Positions 5,510-16,259 of a DNA stretch of 64,000 nucleotides are shown here, piece after piece. A program made the position numbers and the translations under genes. Position 1 is the first letter of the stretch; the number at the start of each line of letters is the position of its first letter. Under the pieces are notes generated by a model. That model was not told where the DNA came from. It saw nothing but the letters and a program-made list of their open reading frames with translations, and searched no databases. Where the stretch lies: the IMG/VR virus record IMGVR_UViG_3300031726_000433, positions 1 to 64,000 of that record. One strand, given 5' to 3'. This stretch comes from a virus.

Positions 5510-5581
5510 GACCCTATAGCCAAGTGGAAAGGCACTAGTCTGCAAAACTTCTAATCCTCAGTTCGATTCTGAGTAGGGTCT
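5510..5581 (+). tRNA. tRNA-Cys(GCA)
   Basis: GACCCTA/TAGGGTC-T, GCC/GGC, loop CTGCAAA (only 3 bp of the anticodon stem pair), CTCAG-TTCGATT-CTGAG. Confidence 0.85.
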
Positions 5582-5650
5582 TTTTAAAAACAAAATATGC
5601 TTTAAGGTTTAATGAAACACCTAGTTATCTTACACGCTGTGAGCAAACCC

Positions 5651-5756
5651 AGACTATAAGTTATCTAATAAACTTATAAAGCTTCTACTAATAAGCTTAT
5701 ATAAGCTATGATATACTAATTATATATACTATTCTAGTAATAGTCTAATATTATTA
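5651..5756. repeat. AT-rich cluster of palindromes and inverted repeats
   Basis: TATAAGTT/AACTTATA (5655-5678), AGCTTATATAAGCT (5694-5707), outer AGACTAT/ATAGTCT (5651, 5740). Confidence 0.6.
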
Positions 5757-5769
5757 AGGAGATATCTAT

Positions 5770-6201
5770 ATGGCTACCAAACAAGAACTTGAAGCAAGAG
5801 TCGTAGAACTTGAAGCTAAGCTAGCTGAAGTTGCTGTTCCAGAGTCTGAATTGGTTACTCAACTTAGAGATGAACTTGCTGGAAGGACTGCTAATGCTTT
5901 AGCTTCTGCTGAGCAATGTGACATGCTTAAAGAGAAGGTAACAAAGCTTCTCGAAGAGAATGAAGTTTTGAATGTTCTTAGTACGAAGCTTTCTCAAACT
6001 GTCGATTCTCTTTCTGCAAAGAATGATGAGCTTACGAAGCTTTGTGCTTCATCTATTACTCCAGCAGTTGACAAATGTGTTATACTCTCCGGGAAGAATC
6101 ATGATATAATCCATGCTGAGAGGGTAAAGGATCTAGTCGATCTTCACAGAAAACACTTTGTTGAAGATGATGATCTAGTTCTTGTTGTTAAACCCTCCTA
6201 A
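5770..6201 (+). CDS. hypothetical coiled-coil protein
   Basis: AAGGAG SD; heptad-rich (ELEARVVELEAKL, LKEKVTKLLEEN). Confidence 0.8.
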   Translation: MATKQELEARVVELEAKLAEVAVPESELVTQLRDELAGRTANALASAEQCDMLKEKVTKLLEENEVLNVLSTKLSQTVDSLSAKNDELTKLCASSITPAVDKCVILSGKNHDIIHAERVKDLVDLHRKHFVEDDDLVLVVKPS

Positions 6202-6210
6202 CTTGGAGGA

Positions 6211-7053
6211 TTGGTGAGAGACAGAATTTCTTTTTCCGAATGGCAATCTTATCGTAAAGGTTGTCAATGGCGGTGGAAGATCGATTACGTCGATGGTGTT
6301 CGCACACCGGCGTATGGTATCTACATGGACTTTGGCACCTGCGCTCACGGTGCCATTGAAAAACATAAGACAAGAAAAGATCCTCTTTCAGTTGAAGATA
6401 CAAAGATTCATTTTGAGAAGTCTTTTAGGGATCTCTTCACTAAGAATAAAGATAAGTACAAGGAAAGAGAACGAACTCTTAACGTAGATGATTTTGTTAA
6501 AGCTGGTCACAAGATTATTGATCATCTTGATAAGTGTGAAGAATTAAAAACTGCTGAAGTTGTCTATAATGAACATGAGTTGATTCTACCAATTGATAGA
6601 TCTGATGAAGTGAAGATAAACTTCAAAGGATTTATCGACATGATCATTAAGACTACTGATAAGCGTGACAAGACGATTCTGTATATCATTGACTTTAAGA
6701 CGTGTTCTTGGGGATGGGGAAAAGACAAGAGACAGGATAGAGATCTTCATTCGCAACTTTTTCTTTATAAGCACTTCCTTTCAAAAAAGTTTAACCTTGA
6801 TCCAAAGAACATAAAGACAGCGTTTATTCTTCTTAAGAGAACTCCACCAAAGGGCGGAGATGCCGTCGAGTTCTTTCCAATAAGTGCCGGACCAATCAGT
6901 GTGCAAAGAGCTTTAGACGAATTGAATTCAGATATAACTGATATGGATCAGCGTACTAAAACTGATACACTCAAGAAAAACAGAAACATGTGCAAGAATG
7001 AGTACGGAGATGTTTGTCCGTACTTTGGGACAACAAAGTGTACCAATGAGTAA
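6211..7053 (+). CDS. PD-(D/E)XK exonuclease (RecB/AddB/Cas4-like)
   Basis: [33 protein letters not shown]-terminal Cys cluster (C..CPYF..C). Confidence 0.88.
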   Translation: MVRDRISFSEWQSYRKGCQWRWKIDYVDGVRTPAYGIYMDFGTCAHGAIEKHKTRKDPLSVEDTKIHFEKSFRDLFTKNKDKYKERERTLNVDDFVKAGHKIIDHLDKCEELKTAEVVYNEHELILPIDRSDEVKINFKGFIDMIIKTTDKRDKTILYIIDFKTCSWGWGKDKRQDRDLHSQLFLYKHFLSKKFNLDPKNIKTAFILLKRTPPKGGDAVEFFPISAGPISVQRALDELNSDITDMDQRTKTDTLKKNRNMCKNEYGDVCPYFGTTKCTNE

Positions 7054-7312
7054 AATGTATACTGTGCTTGTAATTTGTACAAACTGTAGAAATGAGTTTG
7101 AGGCAAAATCACATAATGCAAAATTTTGTAATAAGAAATGTTTTCACGATCACTATCTTAGAAAAGCTCATTGGTCAATTGATCACAACCATAAGACAGG
7201 AAAGATAAGAGGTCTTCTTTGTTCTAGATGTAATAGAGGTTTGGGACTCTTTAAAGACGACCTCTCGAATCTGTCGAGAGCGATTGACTATTTAAAAGAA
7301 GGAGATAAGTGA
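7046..7312 (+). mobile_element. endonuclease VII-type homing endonuclease, probably internally deleted
   Basis: [27 protein letters not shown] is present but the preceding Q..CxxC seen in the 21391 paralog is missing; start placed at the ATG overlapping the upstream stop. Confidence 0.7.
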
Positions 7313-8637
7313 TGTCAGAGAGAATGAAGATCTTGGTGCTTTGCGATCATCCACTAGTGCCAAGTGGAGTAGGAACTCAGGCAAAGTATTTGATAGAGGG
7401 ACTTCTTAACACTAATAAGTTTAAGTTTGTAGTTTTTGGAGGAGCTGTTAAACATCCAGATTATAAACCACAGATGATTGCTCCAGAGAAGTTCGGTGAT
7501 GGAAATTGGATGATCTATCCCGTTGACGGATATGGCGACAAGGATAAGATGAGAGCGATCCTTCAGAAGGAAAAGCCAGATGCTGTTCTTCTTTTTACTG
7601 ATCCCAGATTCTTTGTTTGGGTGTGGGAGATGGAAGACGAGATCAGATCAGTATGTCCAATCTTCTATTGGCACGTATGGGATAACGATCCTGCTCCGAG
7701 ATTCAATAGCGTGTTCTATAATTCTACTGATTTTATCTCAGCTCTGTCTCTAAAGACATATGGCCTACTTCAGAGCCTAAAGTACAAGACCTGTAACTAT
7801 ATTCCTCACGCTGTTTCACCAGAAACATTTAAACCACTGCCAGAGCTTGAATGTCAGAAGTTTAAGATGGGACATTTCGGTCCTCATTCAGATAAGAAGT
7901 TTATTGCATTCTGGAATAACAGAAATGCTAGAAGGAAGATGACTGGTGACGTAGTTGCATGTATGGCAAAGTTTGCTGACAAGGTTGGTAGGGAGAATGT
8001 CGCCCTCGCAATGCACACTTCAGTTTCAGATCCAGAAGGACAGAATGTCGTAGAAGTCGCTAGAGAATTTGATTTCGAAAAGAACTTGATTATCTCAGAA
8101 CAGAGAGTTAATCCAGAAGTTCTAAATCAATTCTACAATGCTTGTGATGTCACTATCAACATTGCTAGTAATGAAGGATTCGGCTTGGGTACTCTAGAAT
8201 CTTTAATGTCAGGTACTCCGATACTTGTCCATATGACAGGCGGGCTTCAGTTCCAAATCGGCGATTGGTGGGAGGAACTGACAGACTTCTCAGATCAGGA
8301 AAAGATGACTGAACTTGCTAAGAGAAAGTTGAAGAAGGGAACGAGTAAGTGGTGGGGTAAGCCTGTATTTTCATCATCTAGATCATGCACTGGATCTCAA
8401 CCCATCCCATACATTTATGATGATCGGGTTAATCACGATGATGTAGTTAGGTCTCTCGTTGAACTATATGATCTTGGTAGAGAAGGAAGACGGACTATCG
8501 GATCTGAAGCAAGTATGTGGGCCAGAGAAAAGTTTAATCTCAATAAAATGATAGCTGACTGGGATGCCACGCTTACGGAACAGATACTTATATCAAAGAA
8601 TAACACAGGTAAGAATTTACGCGTAGTTGGATTGTGA
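7309..8637 (+). CDS. GT4-like glycosyltransferase
   Basis: [31 protein letters not shown] (EX7E). Confidence 0.9.
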   Translation: MMSERMKILVLCDHPLVPSGVGTQAKYLIEGLLNTNKFKFVVFGGAVKHPDYKPQMIAPEKFGDGNWMIYPVDGYGDKDKMRAILQKEKPDAVLLFTDPRFFVWVWEMEDEIRSVCPIFYWHVWDNDPAPRFNSVFYNSTDFISALSLKTYGLLQSLKYKTCNYIPHAVSPETFKPLPELECQKFKMGHFGPHSDKKFIAFWNNRNARRKMTGDVVACMAKFADKVGRENVALAMHTSVSDPEGQNVVEVAREFDFEKNLIISEQRVNPEVLNQFYNACDVTINIASNEGFGLGTLESLMSGTPILVHMTGGLQFQIGDWWEELTDFSDQEKMTELAKRKLKKGTSKWWGKPVFSSSRSCTGSQPIPYIYDDRVNHDDVVRSLVELYDLGREGRRTIGSEASMWAREKFNLNKMIADWDATLTEQILISKNNTGKNLRVVGL

Positions 8638-8643
8638 GGAAAT

Positions 8644-9585
8644 ATGCCAGGCATTGCAGTGATGGGTGGAGCAGGTTTTATCGGTTCAAATCTTGTTGAC
8701 GAGCTATTGACGCAAGGGCATGAGGTTACAGTTCTTGATAATTTCTCCGAGGGCAAGGTGGAGAATCTTGCTAGATGGAAGGGGTCTAATAGACTCGAGG
8801 TTGTAAGAGGAGATATTAGAGACTTCAACACTGTTAAGAGAGTCCTAGCAAATAAGGAATGGTGCTTCCATCTCGCTGCGATGAGTAGGATTCAGCCGTC
8901 AATCACAGATCCTCTACTTGCATTTAACCAGAACTACATCGGTACTGCGAATGTATTAGAGGCAGCAAGACAAGGTGGAGTTAAGAGAGTCGTTTACTCT
9001 GCATCTTCATCTGCGTATGGGTTGAAGAACCCTATCCCAAACAGGGAAGACATGCCAACAGATTGTCTCAATGCGTATTCTCTATCAAAGAAGGGCGGAG
9101 AAGAACTTTGTGAAATGTACAACAAACTTTATGGCGTTTCCACAATTGCTCTTCGATACTTCAATGTGTACGGTCCGAGACACCAAGAAGAGGGTTCGTA
9201 TGCAACTGTAATTGCCATCTTCAGAAGGCAGAAGAAAGAAGGAAAGAAGATGACGATTGTCGGTGACGGAGAGCAGCGACGTGACTTCACATTTGTTGGA
9301 GACGTAGTTAGAGCAAACATGCTTGCAGCTATGAATAGAGAAGCAACCGGTATATACAACATCGGTACGGGCAATAACTACAGTATGAATGAACTTGCTT
9401 CTAAACTCGGTGGTGAATTCGAATTTGTTCCAGCTAGACCAGCTGAAGCAAGAGTTACATTAGCAGATGCAGGTAAGGCAAGAGAAGTTCTTGGATGGAC
9501 TCCACTTGTATCTCTAGATCAAGGTCTTAAGGTTCTAGATGAGTACGAGAAGAGAAACACCAAGGGACTTATCATAAGCATTTAA
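8644..9585 (+). CDS. NAD-dependent NDP-sugar epimerase (GalE/WbpP-like)
   Basis: GGAGFIGS, SASSSAYG, YSLSK, LRYFNVYGP, GDGEQRRDF. Confidence 0.92.
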   Translation: MPGIAVMGGAGFIGSNLVDELLTQGHEVTVLDNFSEGKVENLARWKGSNRLEVVRGDIRDFNTVKRVLANKEWCFHLAAMSRIQPSITDPLLAFNQNYIGTANVLEAARQGGVKRVVYSASSSAYGLKNPIPNREDMPTDCLNAYSLSKKGGEELCEMYNKLYGVSTIALRYFNVYGPRHQEEGSYATVIAIFRRQKKEGKKMTIVGDGEQRRDFTFVGDVVRANMLAAMNREATGIYNIGTGNNYSMNELASKLGGEFEFVPARPAEARVTLADAGKAREVLGWTPLVSLDQGLKVLDEYEKRNTKGLIISI

Positions 9586-9596
9586 TTGGAGAGATA

Positions 9597-12500
9597 ATGA
9601 AAAAGCTTCTTTTCTGGGGTCCTGTATTAACTGCATCCGGATATGGTGAACACGCTCGTCAGTTATTGGCAGCCGTTCTTAATTCAGGAGAATTCGATGT
9701 CAGTGTTTGCTCTATAAAATGGGGTCAAACACCTTTTATTAATAGCAATGATGAATTCATCTCAAGGATCCATCGTCTAATTTCTAAATTTGAAGCAGAG
9801 AAGAATGAAGGAACAAGATATGATGTGTCAATACAGGTTTCTATACCAAATGAGTTCCAGAAACTCGCTGCAGTAAACATCGGTGTAACTGCAGGTATTG
9901 AAGTTGACAGAGTATCTCCTGAGTGGATTAAGAAGGCAAACGAAAATGTCGATCTGATAATTGTCCCCTCAAAGCATTCTGCAACTTCATATGCCAATGT
10001 CGTATACAAGGACAAGGATGGCGGATCAGAACTCGTATTAGAGAAGCCAGTGTTCATAGTTCCAGAATCTTTTGATTCAACTGTGTTTAATTTAGAAAGG
10101 ACAGAAGAGAAGCCAATCATCGAACTTGATACTGACTTCAACTTCCTCTCAGTTGGTCTTGGATTTGACAAGGCTCCAGGTGAAGATAGAAAAGATCTCA
10201 GCGGTCTTGTAAAGAATTTTTGTGAGACGTTTGCTGGTAATAAGAATGTTGGTCTTGTTCTTAAAGCAAATCTTGTCAATCATTCTTTGATGGATTTTGA
10301 GACGATCAAGACTAGAATAGATCAGATTAAGAAGATGACTGAGTGCGGTGAATTTCCCAAGATTCATCTTGTTCATGGAAGACTTTCAAAGAAGGAGCTT
10401 GCTTCTCTTTATAAGCACCCAAAGATCAAAGCTTATGTTACAACTACTCACGGTGAAGGTTACGGTCTCCCTATCATCGAAGCAGCTGCTTGTGGTCTTC
10501 CTGTTATTGCTACAAATTGGTCAGGGCATGTAGATTTTCTTAGTAACAAGGAAGGCAAGAGAAGATTCATTCCTCTTGAATTTGATCTCAAGGAAATTCC
10601 AGATAGTTCTGTTTGGCCCGGTGTAATTGAGAAGGGAACAAGGTGGGCTTATGTAAAGCCAGACGATCTCAAGATGAAGTTGAAGAAGGTTCAACTAAGT
10701 CCAGAGAAGCCAACTGAATGGGCAAGAGAACTTGCTGTTTATCTAGCCGAAGAATACAGCGAAAAAACTCTGGGAACTAAATTCGTAGAGTCTCTGAAAC
10801 ATTTCTTGGCAGAAGTGTCTGAAGCGTTACCACCTCACGCAAATCAACAGGTGTCGCCAGCTGAAGCCAAGATCAAGCTCAGGGAACAACTTGGTGTGCC
10901 AGAAGATTCCAAGATTCTTCTATATACAATGCCGATGTCTGCAGGTGATGTGTTCATCTCAACTGCCATCATAGATTCTCTCAAGAAGAAGTTCCCAGAA
11001 CATCTTATTCTTTTCGGAACAGATCAGAAGTATTCAAGTATTCTAAAGGATAATCCAAACATCTTCAGAACAATTCAGTTCGAACAGTGGATGATGAACG
11101 TTCCTTTCTGTGAAGGAATCTTTGATGAAGTATACACTCCAAATCTAGCTGTGCAGTTGAACACTTCAAATTGGGTTCATGGTGGAAAGGGTAGACTACT
11201 TGGTCATGAATTCGCTGCTCAATGTGGTGTAGAGTTCGGTGAATACTTTATCAAGCTTGAAGAACTCCAAGGACTTCCAGAAAAGTTTATTGTTCTCCAC
11301 ACTGGTTCTGGTAAGGGACAGTGGGAAGCAAGAAACTACAGACACTGGAAGAAGGTCGTCCACAATCTAAAGAAGAATTTCCAAGACGTAGATATTCAAA
11401 TTGTCCAAGTTGGACTCGATGAAGATCCTTTGATCGAGGGATGCGTCGATCTTAGGGGCCGTACCAATTACAACCAACTTGCTTATGTGATCTCGAAGGC
11501 GTTGTGCCTTGTCGGAATCGATTCTGTAACCATGCACATGGCCGCAGCTCTACATGTTCGTCATGTGTCATTGTTTGGGAGCTCGTATTCTTCATCGACA
11601 GGTCCAGCGTGGACAATGGGATACAACAGTTCGTTTAGAGTTCTTCTAGACGCAAAGAATAGGTGTAACGGTGGAAAAGCTTGCTACAAGTATCAATGTT
11701 CTGTAGATAGAGATAATCCTTGTATCAATGAAATTAGCCCAAGACAAGTTGTAGCAAGCGTTCTATCTTTCACTACAGTTAACAAGGGTGATATCGCAAA
11801 TCCATTTGAAGTTATGACAAAGGAATGGGATGATTGTACTCCGAAGATCGCTGGTTACACTCACGTACTTGATCCTGAACTTCATGGATTTCCGTACATC
11901 GAATCTATTAAGTCAATGTTAGGATTCTGTGATGAAGTAATTGTCGTTGATGGTGGTTCAACTGACGGGTCTCTTGAAAAGATTAAGGCAATTGGAGATG
12001 ATAGAATAAAGATCTTTGATAGAAAGTGGGATTGGACTGAACCCGGAATGGACGGAATGCAGAAAGCTTACGGCCGCGCAATGGTCTCTGTTGGTCCTGA
12101 TGATTTCTTGTGGCAGCAAGATGCAGATGAAGTTGTTCACGAGAGAGATTATCAGAAGATTAAGGACCTTGCAGAAAAGTTCCCGAGTGGAGTTGATTTG
12201 ATTCACCTTCCAGTTGTAGAGTTGTGGGGAGCTCCGGACAGAGTTAGAACAGACAGACACTCATGGAAGTGGAGAATGTCTAGAAACAACTTTAGAGTTA
12301 CTCATGGAATTAATAAGGATGCAAGATTGTTCGACGAAAAGACCGGAAGAACATTTGCCAAGAAGGGAATGTCTGATGGTTGCGAGTATGTAGACATTAT
12401 GACCGGTGAACATCTTCCTCACAAGGGATTCTACACTCAGGAGCTTGAGACAGTTAGACGTAACAATCCTAAGAATTATGGTCAGACGATGAACAAGATC

Positions 12501-12887
12501 TTCTCTGAACTTCCAAGTGTATTTCATTACTCGTGGGCAGATCTTCCAAGAAAGATCAGAAACTTCAAGTCATTCTGGAATAAGTGTTGGGCCAATTTGT
12601 ACAATGAAGAAACTCCAACTGATAGATTTCCCAATGTACTCTCAGAGGAAGATGTATTAAAATATGCTGAAATTCTGAGAGTCAGAGGTGGAGAACACTC
12701 AGAAGCTGAGACATTTAAACTTGAAGGCGCAGGTCCTTCAATAATGTCTGAGTGGTTCGAGAGGGTAAAAAATGCCGATAGATATCTTCATGACAACGAA
12801 GGACAGACCAACTCTACTGAGGAGGTCACTCAACTCTCTGCTGGAGTGCACGCCGAGGAATCTGTTCAGACTAACACTAGTCCATGA
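9597..12887 (+). CDS. three-domain glycosyltransferase (GT4 + GT9 + GT2)
   Basis: GT4: SGYG..., GEGYGLPIIEAAACGLP; GT9: SAGDVF, DLRGRT, GIDSVTMHMAAA; GT2: DEVIVVDGGSTDGS, QDADE. Confidence 0.9.
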   Translation: MKKLLFWGPVLTASGYGEHARQLLAAVLNSGEFDVSVCSIKWGQTPFINSNDEFISRIHRLISKFEAEKNEGTRYDVSIQVSIPNEFQKLAAVNIGVTAGIEVDRVSPEWIKKANENVDLIIVPSKHSATSYANVVYKDKDGGSELVLEKPVFIVPESFDSTVFNLERTEEKPIIELDTDFNFLSVGLGFDKAPGEDRKDLSGLVKNFCETFAGNKNVGLVLKANLVNHSLMDFETIKTRIDQIKKMTECGEFPKIHLVHGRLSKKELASLYKHPKIKAYVTTTHGEGYGLPIIEAAACGLPVIATNWSGHVDFLSNKEGKRRFIPLEFDLKEIPDSSVWPGVIEKGTRWAYVKPDDLKMKLKKVQLSPEKPTEWARELAVYLAEEYSEKTLGTKFVESLKHFLAEVSEALPPHANQQVSPAEAKIKLREQLGVPEDSKILLYTMPMSAGDVFISTAIIDSLKKKFPEHLILFGTDQKYSSILKDNPNIFRTIQFEQWMMNVPFCEGIFDEVYTPNLAVQLNTSNWVHGGKGRLLGHEFAAQCGVEFGEYFIKLEELQGLPEKFIVLHTGSGKGQWEARNYRHWKKVVHNLKKNFQDVDIQIVQVGLDEDPLIEGCVDLRGRTNYNQLAYVISKALCLVGIDSVTMHMAAALHVRHVSLFGSSYSSSTGPAWTMGYNSSFRVLLDAKNRCNGGKACYKYQCSVDRDNPCINEISPRQVVASVLSFTTVNKGDIANPFEVMTKEWDDCTPKIAGYTHVLDPELHGFPYIESIKSMLGFCDEVIVVDGGSTDGSLEKIKAIGDDRIKIFDRKWDWTEPGMDGMQKAYGRAMVSVGPDDFLWQQDADEVVHERDYQKIKDLAEKFPSGVDLIHLPVVELWGAPDRVRTDRHSWKWRMSRNNFRVTHGINKDARLFDEKTGRTFAKKGMSDGCEYVDIMTGEHLPHKGFYTQELETVRRNNPKNYGQTMNKIFSELPSVFHYSWADLPRKIRNFKSFWNKCWANLYNEETPTDRFPNVLSEEDVLKYAEILRVRGGEHSEAETFKLEGAGPSIMSEWFERVKNADRYLHDNEGQTNSTEEVTQLSAGVHAEESVQTNTSP

Positions 12888-13575
12888 CACGTCAGATCAG
12901 ACAACTCATGACGTAATCCATGAAACATTTTACGGAAGATGGGACCACGTAATAGCTCACTCTGAAAATGAAGGTCTTGGTCCGTCAATTAATCAAGCTC
13001 TATCTCATATTTCAGCTCTGAAATCTTGGGATAACAATCCTTCTCCACTCACTCTTTATGTTCAAGATGATGTTCAGTTTTCTCCCGGATGGTTAGAAAA
13101 ACTTTCACAAAAGTTTCTTCAATTAGAGAAACCTCTCAATCTTGGTTTCGCTTCTGGTGTTGAGTGTGTCGAACATCCAATCAAGAAAGATCTTGGTAAT
13201 GGACTTGTTCTTAAAGACTGGATTCGCGCAACATGCATGCTTGCTCGACATGATTACTGGATGAGCATGTGGCCTATTTCTAGAATTGATCCTGAGACTG
13301 GTAGAGAACGCGGGAAGCCAAATGACGGTATGGGAAGTTCTGTAGATTGGTGGTTCATTCGAAATCATCCAAAGTCAGTTTGTCGATCAGGTAGAACTAA
13401 TCTTGTTATTCCTGGTCTTCTTCAACACGTCGGTTATAGAGAATCAACTTGGCTTAAGAGAGAACTTCCAGAATCTGAAATTGATAAAGCTCTTATGACA
13501 CATGGTTGCACATGTAGTTACGATGAAAGTGAAGAAATGACACGCCACTCTAATCTTTGTAAGACAAACAAATGA
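12772..13575 (+). CDS. GT2-like glycosyltransferase
   Basis: TKDRP, LVHD, NEGLGPSIN, VQDDV..GWL, QHVG. Confidence 0.8.
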   Translation: MPIDIFMTTKDRPTLLRRSLNSLLECTPRNLFRLTLVHDTSDQTTHDVIHETFYGRWDHVIAHSENEGLGPSINQALSHISALKSWDNNPSPLTLYVQDDVQFSPGWLEKLSQKFLQLEKPLNLGFASGVECVEHPIKKDLGNGLVLKDWIRATCMLARHDYWMSMWPISRIDPETGRERGKPNDGMGSSVDWWFIRNHPKSVCRSGRTNLVIPGLLQHVGYRESTWLKRELPESEIDKALMTHGCTCSYDESEEMTRHSNLCKTNK

Positions 13576-14612
13576 GAGACATTGTTCTTATTTCATACAC
13601 TACTCTTGACGCATCGGGTGGAGTTCCTCGATGGAATAGAGATTTCGTACAAGGTTTTACTGGAACAAGACACTACTCATGGGACGACGTTCAATGGAAA
13701 GGATCGTGGCAAGATCCGAATGTTTCAGAGTGGGATCGTGCAAGTTGTCTCGGTGCTTGGCTTCATGGAAGAAGATTGGTTAACAAGGAAGATATCATTA
13801 TCACAGACGGTTTCTGGGGAGAATGGTTAAGTTCAGCCGGCTACAATGTAATTTCTGTCGCTCATGGAATTTGGAGTCATTTAACGAAAGAAGATGTTTT
13901 AGCCGGAAAGCAACCAGAGTTTCCTGCTCACCATGCAGTTCAAAAGAAACATAGAAAAGATCATCTCACTAGAGGCGGAAAGATTGTAGCCGTTTCAGAT
14001 TTCATTGCAGATCAAATGAAGGAGCAGTGGGGATTTGATTCTACAGTAATTAACAATGCAATAGATCTAGAAAGATTTAAGCCACCACTCAGCCGAACAC
14101 CTCTAGAGAGGCCTTTGGTAATACATGGCGTAACCACTCATAACAAAGGCTTTGATCACATAGCGGCCTTCCAGCATGCTGTAGATGGTATTGCTGATGT
14201 GATGTTGCTTGATGACGCAGCCAAGAAGTACAAGATGGACAAGTATGATATTCTTGGTCATGCATCTCTTGTAGTTCAACCTTCTGCATATGAAGGCAAT
14301 TCATACTTTGTTTTAGAGACTCTTGCTTGTGATGTTCCAATTGTAGCATACAATGTTGGACTTTTATATTCTATTTCTAAGATCTGTAAATGTGATGGAG
14401 ATGAATGTTGTTGTATTGGTTCTATCATCGATAGGAAATTTAGATCTCCAGAAGAAACAGCGAAGGTCGGAAAGTTTATTCTGGAGTCAGTTCTAAGAGA
14501 TAGAACTCCATATGAGCCAAGGAAAGCAGCTTCTCACTTCTCTATAGGGAGATTTCATAGTGAATGGAAAAGCTATTTAGAAAACTATGAGCGTAATATT
14601 AAGAGTCGATGA
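13572..14612 (+). CDS. GT4-like glycosyltransferase
   Basis: GGVPR, AVSDF, INNAID, PSAYEGNSYFVLETLACDVP. Confidence 0.88.
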   Translation: MRDIVLISYTTLDASGGVPRWNRDFVQGFTGTRHYSWDDVQWKGSWQDPNVSEWDRASCLGAWLHGRRLVNKEDIIITDGFWGEWLSSAGYNVISVAHGIWSHLTKEDVLAGKQPEFPAHHAVQKKHRKDHLTRGGKIVAVSDFIADQMKEQWGFDSTVINNAIDLERFKPPLSRTPLERPLVIHGVTTHNKGFDHIAAFQHAVDGIADVMLLDDAAKKYKMDKYDILGHASLVVQPSAYEGNSYFVLETLACDVPIVAYNVGLLYSISKICKCDGDECCCIGSIIDRKFRSPEETAKVGKFILESVLRDRTPYEPRKAASHFSIGRFHSEWKSYLENYERNIKSR

Positions 14613-15231
14613 TTTTCCATATACAAAGCCAGATGAACAGTGGCGACATAATTTAGAAAATTTCAAGAAGTTCGATGCAATCTTGAAAAAGAATGGTGTC
14701 AGCAGATATGTGTTGGGCGTTATTCCCAAACTAACTTCAGATGATCAACTTTATTATCTTCAAAGCAATCCTAAGATTCAGATTGCCATGCACGGAATTC
14801 AGCATGATGAGAGATTCTTAAATGAATTTCATAGTTTTAAAACAGAAGCTGACATAACTCGCGAAATATATGACATAAATTTGTTGCTTGGATTAACACA
14901 ACACTACATTCCGCCTCACAACGTAATTGACAGAAGAACAGTTAACGCATTGAAAGCGTGCGGATTTTCTACAATTTATTGTGGACCGGGAACGGACAGA
15001 AGAGTTCAGATTTATGCAGAAGATGTAGGCCTTAAAACATACTACAGCGAGCATCCAATTTGGTACGGAAGATCTGACGAATTGATGAATAGAGATAACG
15101 CAGTTGAGAAAATTTTAAATTCAGATCACAACGTTGATCACGTTCTTACTTTGCACTGGACGTGGGAAACAAATATAGGACTTAAGAGTCTAGATCAATT
15201 TTTAAACTTGATAAGGGAAGTGCTCCAATGA
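14587..15231 (+). CDS. polysaccharide deacetylase-like (CE4/DUF2334-type)
   Basis: LRVDD, LGVIP, MHGIQH, YIPPHN. Confidence 0.8.
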   Translation: MSVILRVDDFPYTKPDEQWRHNLENFKKFDAILKKNGVSRYVLGVIPKLTSDDQLYYLQSNPKIQIAMHGIQHDERFLNEFHSFKTEADITREIYDINLLLGLTQHYIPPHNVIDRRTVNALKACGFSTIYCGPGTDRRVQIYAEDVGLKTYYSEHPIWYGRSDELMNRDNAVEKILNSDHNVDHVLTLHWTWETNIGLKSLDQFLNLIREVLQ

Positions 15232-16259
15232 AGAAAACACTTCTCATAGACGCCAGAGTCGGAGGTGATTTTACAATTGATGCCCTGTGGGCCGGGCTTG
15301 TTGATCGTCTAGGACATGAGAGTGTCATTGATTTTCCTCCAGCTGCGAAACACAGAGCTGGAATTCCTCAAATCACTGGAAATGTAGAAAAAGATTACGG
15401 CGCAGAAAGAATGTCTCTTTGTTATACGTCATATCACGACTCGTTTAAATCATATGCACATCAAGATATAAACAGATTGATTGCTCTTAATGAAATAGAA
15501 AGAATTTTCATAGACGAAAGAGATGAATCGTATCTCTTGTATTGTATGACAACTGCTCGTTTTTCGAAGATTCCAGTTGTAGTCGTGGCTGGTCACGACA
15601 GGTTTTGGAATAAATCACCTGAGACACTTCGAGACATGTATGGAAATAACCTCGAAGCTCTCTTCATTGATAATTGGAGAGAGAATTATAGAAGCTTAAA
15701 GAATACATATCCAATGTCATATTCAACGAACTTCGATCATCTTTGGAACGTCTCAGAGAGAGAAGAGCTTTTAAAGAATAAGGTGTACGATATATGTTTC
15801 ATGGGTTATAATAGTCATGGAGATAGAGCAGTTATAGTTGAACACTTATTGTCGAAATACGGAGAAAAAGGAAACTGCCTTTTAATAGAAAAGCGTCCAA
15901 ATATAATGGACACATTCATAAGAAAGAGTGAGTATTTCAAGAAGATGGCTCAATCGAGAATTTGCATAAATCTTAAAGGTGCAGCGGAATGCGGGAAGGC
16001 TCTAAGATTTTATGAGATTCCTTATGTTGGTTCTTATATGATCTCGCAAGTAGATTCAGCAAATCAAGTTTATCCATTTCGAGGCGGCGAACACTGTGAT
16101 TACTTTGATGGTCTTGGAGAATTAGACTACAAAATAAAATTTGCTTTAGAAAATACCTCTCGCAGAGAATATATTGCTAACTCTGGACATTCTCACGCAA
16201 TGAAGTATCATACTGCCAGAGCTAGAGTTGATTACATCTACGAAAGACTTGGTAACTAA
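15228..16259 (+). CDS. glycosyltransferase (CgeB/Glyco_trans_1_2-like)
   Basis: YDICFMG...R, SRICIN, LRFYEI, HTARARV. Confidence 0.82.
   Translation: MKKTLLIDARVGGDFTIDALWAGLVDRLGHESVIDFPPAAKHRAGIPQITGNVEKDYGAERMSLCYTSYHDSFKSYAHQDINRLIALNEIERIFIDERDESYLLYCMTTARFSKIPVVVVAGHDRFWNKSPETLRDMYGNNLEALFIDNWRENYRSLKNTYPMSYSTNFDHLWNVSEREELLKNKVYDICFMGYNSHGDRAVIVEHLLSKYGEKGNCLLIEKRPNIMDTFIRKSEYFKKMAQSRICINLKGAAECGKALRFYEIPYVGSYMISQVDSANQVYPFRGGEHCDYFDGLGELDYKIKFALENTSRREYIANSGHSHAMKYHTARARVDYIYERLGN

Noticed and set aside
6211-7053. Cas4 / CRISPR-Cas system
   Set aside because: No repeat-spacer array or other cas genes in the window; solo PD-(D/E)XK exonucleases are common in phages
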